24,637 bases of DNA, from NCBI GenBank assembly GCA_965195285.1, contig CBDAFS010000044.1, positions 1 to 24,637 on the forward strand, read 5' to 3'. Positions 17,294 to 24,637 of the stretch are shown one piece after another (position 1 is the stretch's first letter; each line of letters starts with the position of its first letter). The translations under genes were made by a program, and so were the position numbers. Origin of the DNA: an uncultured Aminicenantes bacterium (GTDB lineage: Bacteria > Acidobacteriota > Aminicenantia > UBA2199). Under the pieces are notes generated by a model. It ran no database searches, was not told the DNA's origin, and worked only from the letters and a program-made list of their open reading frames with translations.

Positions 17294-17923
17294 ATGAAGG
17301 CGGAAAAAACAATCTTCTTGGTGAGGCACGGGACCACCGCCTACAATGAAGCCGATTTGCTTCAGGGACAGATAGACAACCCCCTGAATGATCGGGGAGT
17401 TGAAGAATGCCGGTTGCTGTGCCAAGAGTTGAAAGACAACCCTATCGATATTGTATTTCATTCCCCTTTGCAGCGGGCCCGACAAACCGCAAAGATTTTG
17501 AATGGGACCCACCAGGCGAAATATGTGTGCATTGATTGTTTCAAGGAGATAGACCTGGGTGAATGGGAGGGACATGAGTTTGCCCGGGTGATTAAGGAAA
17601 ATCGGGATTTTTATCAACAGTGGCAGGCGGATCCGTCGGTTTCCATTCCCGGGGGGGAAAGTTTTCTTCAGGTGTTCCAGCGGGTGAAACCGGGTGTTGA
17701 TGAGATCATGGCTTCCCCGCACCGGAATATAGTCATTGTCGGGCATGCCACGGTAAACCGGGGTATTCTGGCCCATTTGCTGAATCTGACACCGGCTGCA
17801 GCCCGGCTCTTCAGGATGCGGAATGCCGCTTACTCGAAGTTGCTGGTTTACCAGAATCCCCGCAGTCGCTATACCGTGGTTGAAAGCTGGAACAACACTT
17901 TCTATTTAAAGGGATTGAAATGA
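17294..17923 (+). CDS. Histidine phosphatase family protein (PGM/CobC/PhoE-like)
   Basis: FLVRHGTT, SPLQRARQTA, EIDLGEWEG, PGGES, IVGHA. Confidence 0.92.
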   Translation: MKAEKTIFLVRHGTTAYNEADLLQGQIDNPLNDRGVEECRLLCQELKDNPIDIVFHSPLQRARQTAKILNGTHQAKYVCIDCFKEIDLGEWEGHEFARVIKENRDFYQQWQADPSVSIPGGESFLQVFQRVKPGVDEIMASPHRNIVIVGHATVNRGILAHLLNLTPAAARLFRMRNAAYSKLLVYQNPRSRYTVVESWNNTFYLKGLK

Positions 17924-19830
17924 AATATTTAAAGCGGAAAATCAGTAACAAACTGGTCTCTATCCTGAAAACCGATTACGAGATCAACCCGGAGGATGTT
18001 CAATTCTCCATTCCTCCCGACCGCAAGTTCGGAGACCTTTCCACTACTATTCCATTTGTGATTGCCAGGCTGATCCAGGAAAAACCCCGGGTGGTGGGAG
18101 AAGCCATTTTGAAAAAAATAAAGGATGGCTTTGATATGTTTTCGGAGATCAAGCTGGCCGGAGGCGGATTCCTGAATTTTCGGTTCAAGAAGGATTTTCT
18201 GTTGTCCTATTTACTTGAAAATCAGGACCGGCAGCCGGAAGCCTGTCCCGGAAAGGTCATTGTTGAGCATACCAGTATAAATCCGAACAAATCAGCTCAT
18301 ATCGGCCATTTAAGAAATTCCTGTCTGGGAGATACCCTGAACCGGGCCCTGCGTTTTCTGGGCTACCGGGTGGAGGTACAGAATTATATTGATGACACCG
18401 GGGTTCAGGTGGCTGACGTGGTCTGGGGTTTGTTGGTTCTGCGCAAAATGAATCTCCCCCAGATCCGGGAGATCGAAAACCTGGCGCACTATTTATGGGA
18501 TTTGTATTCCCGGGTCCATAAGATGGTGGAAGAGCAGGGAGATGTTACCCGGGAAATCAGGGAAGTTCTGAAAAAAATCGAAAACAAACAGGATCCCGAA
18601 TACAGTGTGAGTGATTACATTTCCCGTGAAGTGCTGCGCAATCATATTCAATTGATGGAAATTGCCGGCATTCAATATGACCTTCTGGTACGGGAGAGTG
18701 ATATTATTGAGCTGGACTTTTTTACCAAGGCAGCGGAAATTCTGAAAAAAAATCGAATCATGTACCCCTCCGGGGATCCGGAAAAAGAGGGATGCTGGGT
18801 GATCCGGTATAACCGGGAAAATATTGAAAAAATTGTCATCCGTTCAGATCAGACAGTTACCTATATCGGCAAGGATATTGCCTATGCCCTGTGGAAAATG
18901 GGACTTTTACCCGGTGATTTTTACTATGAGGAATTCTATTGCTACGCGGACCAGCATCCACTTCAAATCACCCGGAGTAAATTCCATGAACCTGAATTTG
19001 ATTTTGGCCATGCCAGCCGGGTCTTTAATGTGATCGGTAAGCGGCAATCCTATTTGCAGAATATTATCTCCCAGGTGCTGGATGCACTGGAATCCGGAAA
19101 CCGGGGCCGGGATTTTGTGCATTTTTCCTATGAGATGGTGGCCCTGACCCCTCGCTGTGTTCAGGAGATGGGATTTGAGCTTACTCCGGAACTACGGACC
19201 CGGACCCACATTGATGTGTCCGGGCGCAGGGGGATCGCGGTAAAGGCCGATGAGTTGATGAACAAACTGACTGAAAAATCCTTGGAGGAGGTGTTGAGCC
19301 GGAATCCGGATATGAAACAGGAAGCGGCAGACAGAATCGCCCGGCAGATTGCCATGGGGGCGCTTCGCTACTTCATGGTGAAATTCAATTCCAACTCGGT
19401 GATTGCCTTTGATTTTCAGGATGCCCTGACCTTTGAGGGAGATACCGGTCCCTATCTCCAGTATACCCTGGTCCGGTTGAACAGTATCTTTAAAAAAATA
19501 GGCATCCAGGCCGACGAACCCCATCCCGATCCTCCGGACCTGGATCTCCTGGATGAGAAGGAACTTACCATCTATTATGAGCTGTTGTTGCATATTTCAC
19601 TGCTGGATTCCCAGATCGAATTTGCTCTTGACAGCAACGAGCTGTCGGTGATTACCAGTTATACCTATGTGTTATGTCAGAAGTGCAATCATTATTACCA
19701 CCAGTTTTCCATCATGGCTGAGAAAAATCCCCGGGTCAGGCAACTGCGGCTAAGCCTGGTTGGTCTGATCAGGAAAAAACTAGAAGTTCTGTTTGAGATC
19801 ATTGGCATACCGGTTCCGGAAAGAATGTAG
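17920..19830 (+). CDS. argS: Arginine--tRNA ligase
   Basis: FGDLST, GGGFLNF, VEHTSINPNKSAHIGHLRN, NYIDDTG, VSGRRG (KMSKS equivalent), FEGDTGPYLQY, C-terminal VPERM. ATGA overlap with the upstream gene. Confidence 0.97.
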   Translation: MKYLKRKISNKLVSILKTDYEINPEDVQFSIPPDRKFGDLSTTIPFVIARLIQEKPRVVGEAILKKIKDGFDMFSEIKLAGGGFLNFRFKKDFLLSYLLENQDRQPEACPGKVIVEHTSINPNKSAHIGHLRNSCLGDTLNRALRFLGYRVEVQNYIDDTGVQVADVVWGLLVLRKMNLPQIREIENLAHYLWDLYSRVHKMVEEQGDVTREIREVLKKIENKQDPEYSVSDYISREVLRNHIQLMEIAGIQYDLLVRESDIIELDFFTKAAEILKKNRIMYPSGDPEKEGCWVIRYNRENIEKIVIRSDQTVTYIGKDIAYALWKMGLLPGDFYYEEFYCYADQHPLQITRSKFHEPEFDFGHASRVFNVIGKRQSYLQNIISQVLDALESGNRGRDFVHFSYEMVALTPRCVQEMGFELTPELRTRTHIDVSGRRGIAVKADELMNKLTEKSLEEVLSRNPDMKQEAADRIARQIAMGALRYFMVKFNSNSVIAFDFQDALTFEGDTGPYLQYTLVRLNSIFKKIGIQADEPHPDPPDLDLLDEKELTIYYELLLHISLLDSQIEFALDSNELSVITSYTYVLCQKCNHYYHQFSIMAEKNPRVRQLRLSLVGLIRKKLEVLFEIIGIPVPERM

Positions 19831-19848
19831 CTCAGGCCAGAAGGATCA

Positions 19849-20775
19849 ATGATTGAAGTTGAGAATCTTTCCAAGTATTTTGGCCATGTCCGGGCCGTAG
19901 ACAATATTTCCTTCGGGGTAGAAAGGGGAAAGATCTGGGGTTTTCTGGGACCCAATGGAGCGGGGAAAACCACCACCATGCGAATACTGACCGGATACCT
20001 TCCACCGGGTTCCGGAACCGTCAGGCTCAATGGGCTGGATGTGACTGTTGAACCGGAAAGGGTAAAGCGGATGGTGGGTTATCTGCCGGAAATCGTTCCG
20101 GTCTATCCGGAGATGACGGTCCGGGAATACCTGCGTTTTGTGGCAGAGATTTCCGGTATTGAAAAAAAGAAAATCAGCTCTGCGGTCAACCGGGTGGTTG
20201 AACGGGTCCATCTGGAAGCGGTTTTTCCCCGGCTGGTGAAAAATATATCCCGGGGATACCGCCAGCGGCTGGGGATTGCCCAGGCCATTATTCACGAACC
20301 GGCCATCCTGATCCTGGATGAACCCACCATGGGATTGGATCCGGCCCAGATTATCGAGATCAGGGAAATGATCAAATCTTTCAGGGATAGTGCCACGGTC
20401 ATCCTGTCTTCCCATATCCTTCCGGAGATCAGCCAGGTCTGTGACGGAGCCGTGGTGATCAAGCAGGGTCAGTTGAAAGCGGTGATGACCCGAGAGGAAT
20501 GGAGTAAAAATCTGGAGATCATGGTCACTTCCCGGGAGGGGATTGACCGGAACGATTTTCTGCACCGGTTCCCGGGGATTCGAAACCTGCAATTATCCCA
20601 GAACTCGTTGATGCTCGAATTCAAAGACATGGTGGCCGATATCAATCCCATCCTCCATTATCTGATTCAGCGTGAGGTGGGGATCCGGGAAGTCAAGGCC
20701 GGTTTGGAAGGGTTATACATGAATATCATTTCCGGAGACGGTGCCCGACCGGATCCGGGCAGGAGGGAGGCATGA
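19849..20775 (+). CDS. ABC transporter ATP-binding protein (GldA-like, ABC-2 type)
   Basis: Walker A GPNGAGKTT, signature ISRGYRQR, Walker B ILILDEP, SSHIL. Confidence 0.95.
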   Translation: MIEVENLSKYFGHVRAVDNISFGVERGKIWGFLGPNGAGKTTTMRILTGYLPPGSGTVRLNGLDVTVEPERVKRMVGYLPEIVPVYPEMTVREYLRFVAEISGIEKKKISSAVNRVVERVHLEAVFPRLVKNISRGYRQRLGIAQAIIHEPAILILDEPTMGLDPAQIIEIREMIKSFRDSATVILSSHILPEISQVCDGAVVIKQGQLKAVMTREEWSKNLEIMVTSREGIDRNDFLHRFPGIRNLQLSQNSLMLEFKDMVADINPILHYLIQREVGIREVKAGLEGLYMNIISGDGARPDPGRREA

Positions 20776-21539
20776 AATCCATATGGATCATGGCCAAAAA
20801 AGAATTGAAGATTTATCTTTTTTCACCCATGGCCTATATCCTCAGTGCATTCTTTCTCCTGATATCCGGGTTTTTCTTTTATAATATAGTAACCTGGTTC
20901 AGCAGTCAGTCAGCCAGGATGATGCAAAATCCCACCTATGCCAATCAGTTAAGCCTGAATAAAATGGTTTTCGAACCCTATTTCAATAATATAGCCATCA
21001 TATTGATATTCCTTATCCCCCTCCTGACCATGAGGCTGCTGTCGGATGAGAAGAAGATGAGAACCGATGAATTGTTGCTGACCTCGCCCCTGAAAATGTC
21101 CTCCATTATCATGGGAAAATACCTGGCTGCCCTGATAATCTATGTACTGATTCTCATGCTGAGCGTTACCCATACCCTGTTCATATTTCTTCATGGCAAT
21201 CCCCAGATCATCCCGTTGTTAACCTCCTATTTAGGACTTTTTTTAATCGGGGCGGTTTTTATTGCCATTGGGATGCTTGCCAGTTCACTGACTGAAAATC
21301 AGATGATCGCAGCGGTGATTTCCTTTTCAACCATTTTATTGATCTGGGTATTGTCCTGGATCGGCGAGGGTGCGGGCCCGGAATGGAAGGGAACATTATC
21401 TTATCTGAGCTTTTTCTCGCATTTTCAAAACCTGTTGAAGGGTGTGGTGGACACCAAGGACCTGGTTTACTATTTTTCTTTTACTTTTACGGGATTGTAT
21501 CTGGCCTATATGGTATCGGAATTCAGGAAGTGGAGGTAG
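20772..21539 (+). CDS. ABC-2 permease (GldF-like)
   Basis: KKELKIYLFSPMAY, PLLTMRLLSDEKKMRTDELLLTSP, GKYLA, SSLTENQMIA, GVVDTKDLVY; about six TM helices; ATGA overlap. Confidence 0.92.
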   Translation: MKSIWIMAKKELKIYLFSPMAYILSAFFLLISGFFFYNIVTWFSSQSARMMQNPTYANQLSLNKMVFEPYFNNIAIILIFLIPLLTMRLLSDEKKMRTDELLLTSPLKMSSIIMGKYLAALIIYVLILMLSVTHTLFIFLHGNPQIIPLLTSYLGLFLIGAVFIAIGMLASSLTENQMIAAVISFSTILLIWVLSWIGEGAGPEWKGTLSYLSFFSHFQNLLKGVVDTKDLVYYFSFTFTGLYLAYMVSEFRKWR

Positions 21540-21541
21540 AG

Positions 21542-23062
21542 ATGAGGAAGATCGCTCAATACCTGAATGTTGTGGCCTTGGTGATGTTTGTTTCCGGATT
21601 TGCCCTGATCCGGAGTTTTGGCACCGGCCATGTCCCGGGACTGGTTCTGGTGATATTGGCGGTAATGGCCCTGGTGGCCTATCTGGTCATGAATTGGGGG
21701 CGTTTTAAAGGAAAAAGCTCCCGGATGAATTTCATTTTTGTCAGCAATATCCTTTTTTTGGTGATCCTGAATATCGCCATTGTTGCAGCAGTGAATTATC
21801 TGGGTACCCGGATTCACCAGCGTTTTGATTTTTCCCGAGGCCACATTTATTCCCTGTCGGATCAATCGGTCAAACTGATCCGGGGATTGAAAAAGGAATT
21901 GCAAATCAAGGCCTTTTTCACCCGGGAAAATCCTTCCGCCTATGTCTTCGATTCCCTGATGGAAATTTACGGATACTATTCTGACCGGATCAAGGTGGAA
22001 GTGCTGGATACGGATAAAAACCCTTCAGCGGTAAAAACCTATCAAATTAATAGTGATGGAACCGTGGTGTTTGAATATGCCGGCCGGGAAACCCGGATCG
22101 AAGAGATATCTGAAGAAGCGGTGACCAATGCCATCATCAAGGTCACCCGGGAAAAGAAAAAAGTGGTTTATTTTCTTCAGGGCCATGGTGAAGGTGATAC
22201 GGAACAGTCAGATGAAAATGGTTTTTCTGTGGCCAAGGACGGCCTGGAAAAATTATCTTTCCGGGTGAAAAAACTGGTTCTGTTCCAGGAATCCCGCCTG
22301 CCGGACGATACCGCGGTTCTGGTGGTGGCCGGTCCGCGCCAGCCCCTGTTTAATACCGAAATCAGCCTGATTGAAGACTATATAGAAAACAAAAAAGGCC
22401 CGGTTCTGTTCATGATCAACCCGGATCAGGGGGAGGAACTGAAGCCCCTGCTGAAGAAGCTGGGGGTTCAAATCGAAGATGATGTGATTGTGGATACGGT
22501 TTCATCGGCCATGGGAGGTGACTATTTCATCCCCGTGGTGGCCCGGTATGCCCCCCATGAGATTACCAAAAATTTCAGTTATGCCACTTTTTATCCCCTG
22601 GCCCGCAGTTTGAGCCAGGTGTCTCCACTTCCCAAAGATATTGCGGTTGAGTTTGTGGCATCCACCAGTCCCAATTCTTGGGGGGAGCGAAACTATGAGG
22701 CCGAGATCAAAACCGAAAAGATTGTGAAAAACGCCCAGGACCGGTCCGGCCCGCTGGAGGTGATTGCCGCGGTTGAAGTTGGTGAAAAAAAACGGACCCG
22801 GGTGGTGATATGCGGAGATTCTGATTTTGTCAGTAATAAATACTACTTTTTTTCGGCAAATGGCAACCTGTTTAACAACATCATCTCCTGGTTGGCCCAG
22901 GAGGGGGACCTGGTGGCCATTTCACCCCGGACCTCCTCCCCCAGCACCATTTCCTTGACCCGGAGTGACAGTCAGTTGCTTTTTTTCTATTGTCTGGTGT
23001 TACTGCCCCTCCTGGTTCTTCTGGCCGGGATCGGAATCTGGTGGTATCGGAGGAAATTGTGA
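21542..23062 (+). CDS. GldG-family ABC auxiliary protein
   Basis: Three N-terminal TMs, RFDFS...YSLSDQS, VYFLQGHGE, LVVAGP, GDSDF, NLFNNIISWL, C-terminal TM and WWYRRK. Start re-called at ATG 21542 after GGAGG. Confidence 0.9.
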   Translation: MRKIAQYLNVVALVMFVSGFALIRSFGTGHVPGLVLVILAVMALVAYLVMNWGRFKGKSSRMNFIFVSNILFLVILNIAIVAAVNYLGTRIHQRFDFSRGHIYSLSDQSVKLIRGLKKELQIKAFFTRENPSAYVFDSLMEIYGYYSDRIKVEVLDTDKNPSAVKTYQINSDGTVVFEYAGRETRIEEISEEAVTNAIIKVTREKKKVVYFLQGHGEGDTEQSDENGFSVAKDGLEKLSFRVKKLVLFQESRLPDDTAVLVVAGPRQPLFNTEISLIEDYIENKKGPVLFMINPDQGEELKPLLKKLGVQIEDDVIVDTVSSAMGGDYFIPVVARYAPHEITKNFSYATFYPLARSLSQVSPLPKDIAVEFVASTSPNSWGERNYEAEIKTEKIVKNAQDRSGPLEVIAAVEVGEKKRTRVVICGDSDFVSNKYYFFSANGNLFNNIISWLAQEGDLVAISPRTSSPSTISLTRSDSQLLFFYCLVLLPLLVLLAGIGIWWYRRKL

Positions 23063-24393
23063 ACCTGAAAAAGATTGGCATTCTGGTGATCGTGCTCCTG
23101 GGGCTTCTGGTCCTGATCCGGTTGCAGGACCGGCATGAATCCCGGAGGCTGGATATTGAGGACAGGCTTCTGGATCTGAAACCGGAAAGGATTGATAAAA
23201 TTGAATTGATCAGGGGAGCTGATAAGTTTATTTTTTTGAAACTGGGTAATGGCTGGGATCTGGATTTTCCGCTGAAATCCCGGGCTGATAAATGGGCGGT
23301 TCAGGGAATTCTGGATGATTTCTGCCAGATGAAATATGACCGGCAGGTCGAGATCAATGCCCAGGATCTGAAGAAGTATGGGCTGGATGTTCCGGAAATA
23401 GAGCTGAAGTTATTTGAAAACAGGGACCTGGAATCCTCTGTTTCTGTCCTAATAGGGATTCGGAACCAGATGGACTTCACCTCTTATGCAAAGCTGGGTT
23501 CAGATAACCGGGTGGTGTTGATTGCTGCCTACAAGCGGGACCAGCTGGACAAAAAACTGTTTGATTTCCGGGACAAAACCATATTCATGTTTGAACCTGC
23601 CCTGGCTCGGGAGCTGGAGATCAAAACCAGGGGAACCCGCTTTTTTCTGGAAAAGCAGAAATCCGGTTGGTTTCTGAAACAACCGGTTTTTTCCCTGGCC
23701 GCTGATACGGTGGTGTCCACCATTCTGTCCGCTGCCTCCGGGCTGGAGGCCATTGCCTTTTCAAAACCGGCCAGTGCTGCCTCTTTGCAGGCTTTTGGTT
23801 TTGACCGGCCCCTTCTGGAGCTGAAATTGAAAACCGGGAATGAGACCCGTGTGTTAAAAGTAGTCAGGCAGGATGACCGGTTTTTTGCCCACACCCCGGG
23901 TTTTGCCGAAATCAGTGAGATAGACAAAAAGTTTACCGATCATTTCGATAAAAAGGTCAAGGATTTCAGGGAACCCAAAATCGCCCGTTTCTTTGCCTTT
24001 GATGTCTCAGAGATAATATATAAAACCAGAGACCTGGACTGTCATTTTCAAAGGAATCCCGAACACCGCTGGATCCGGGTAAAACCGGCGGGTACCGGGG
24101 AATTGGATGGGGACCGGATCAATGATCTGCTCACGGCTCTGGAAAACCTCGAAGCCCGGGAATTTCTGGATCACCCTTCCGGAAAAGAAATCTTTAAGTA
24201 TTCCCTGGAGTTGAAGCTCGGAGAGCAAACCCAGGCCGGAAAATCAACGGATATCGGATTATGGATATCGGACTTGACAGGGGATTCGCTGCTGGTGCGC
24301 AACCGGAATCTGCCCTATCTGTTCAGGGTATCCGGAGCGTTCATTGACCGGCTGCCCCGGAAGATCGAAGATTTCATCAAAAAGACCGAATAA
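23059..24393 (+). CDS. DUF4340 domain-containing protein
   Basis: N-terminal anchor, repeated W....P....AD modules, KYGLDVP / AFGFDRP, FDFRDK. GTG 23059 overlaps the gldG-like stop (GTGA). Typical fourth gene of this ABC module. Confidence 0.85.
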   Translation: MNLKKIGILVIVLLGLLVLIRLQDRHESRRLDIEDRLLDLKPERIDKIELIRGADKFIFLKLGNGWDLDFPLKSRADKWAVQGILDDFCQMKYDRQVEINAQDLKKYGLDVPEIELKLFENRDLESSVSVLIGIRNQMDFTSYAKLGSDNRVVLIAAYKRDQLDKKLFDFRDKTIFMFEPALARELEIKTRGTRFFLEKQKSGWFLKQPVFSLAADTVVSTILSAASGLEAIAFSKPASAASLQAFGFDRPLLELKLKTGNETRVLKVVRQDDRFFAHTPGFAEISEIDKKFTDHFDKKVKDFREPKIARFFAFDVSEIIYKTRDLDCHFQRNPEHRWIRVKPAGTGELDGDRINDLLTALENLEAREFLDHPSGKEIFKYSLELKLGEQTQAGKSTDIGLWISDLTGDSLLVRNRNLPYLFRVSGAFIDRLPRKIEDFIKKTE

Positions 24394-24396
24394 CGG

Positions 24397-24525
24397 GCAG
24401 GCTCTCGCAAACAATCTCCTTCACTTTACCCAAAAATGTTCTCATTTTTGGGAGCGTTACAGCATTTTTCGACGTTCGAGAAAATGCTTTCACAAGCCGT
24501 TCCGGAGATAGTTTGCTATGCCTGC
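24397..24525. repeat. Nested inverted-repeat element (multi-branch hairpin); REP/MITE-like, attC-like or structured RNA
   Basis: Outer stem GCAGGC/GCCTGC plus GCAAACAATCTCC/GGAGATAGTTTGC encloses two hairpins: CCCAAAAATG-ttct-CATTTTTGGG and AGCATTTTTCGA-cgt-TCGAgAAAATGCT. Confidence 0.8.
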
Positions 24526-24540
24526 ACTGGCTTTTTTACT

Positions 24541-24564
24541 TTACCTTTACCTATACCTTTACCT
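24541..24564. repeat. Hexamer tandem repeat WTACCT x4
   Basis: TTACCT TTACCT ATACCT TTACCT read directly. Confidence 0.75.
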
Positions 24565-24637
24565 GAGATTTAGTTTCAGGTGAGAAAGGTGGAACTTTTT
24601 GCGATTCCCATACGTTTAAAGAGTATTCCAAATAGGT

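Noticed and set aside
19846-20592. 248-aa minus-strand ORF
   Set aside because: A typical antisense shadow of an ABC ATPase gene.
21383-23058. ORF-track starts at 21383 and 22990 (also 3873, 5426 and 9428)
   Set aside because: They create long overlaps or run through promoters. Downstream starts with an RBS, stop-start coupling or promoter support fit better.
24388-24530. Functional integron cassette/attC, or a tRNA
   Set aside because: There is no R' GTTRRRY box, no integrase and no second site, and the upstream gene belongs to a coupled operon. There is no T-loop, D-loop or CCA pattern for a tRNA.

Overview
A gene-dense bacterial chromosomal segment from a diderm. The gene mix tentatively suggests an Acidobacteriota/Ca. 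Aminicenantes-like organism, which is inference only. In order it holds: a >1000-aa TamB/AsmA-family gene on the minus strand that runs off the left edge, is absent from the ORF track and is frameshifted by one base at a T9 run about 12 codons after its probable start; a transaldolase; a divergent lnt plus PagL-like pair; a tricorn/S41 protease; an FHA-membrane protein transcribed divergently from a homing-endonuclease-repeat/nuclease-like protein and a long MinD/ParA-type ATPase; a secreted beta-propeller protein; an AT-rich two-gene islet (small protein plus nucleotidyltransferase); a TPR-TlpA thioredoxin; a nitroreductase; and a long operon (HPD-less J-domain/TPR protein, histidine phosphatase, argS, GldA/F/G-like ABC module, DUF4340 protein). 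The operon is followed by a roughly 130-bp multi-hairpin element. Several near-consensus sigma70 promoters are readable. I recognised no rRNA, tRNA, CRISPR array, transposase or integrase. The best leads are the FHA / repeat-nuclease / ATPase module, the T9 slippage site in tamB, the structured element at 24397-24525, the nucleotidyltransferase islet and a strong CCGG excess in host DNA. All family calls come from motif recognition by eye, not from database searches.
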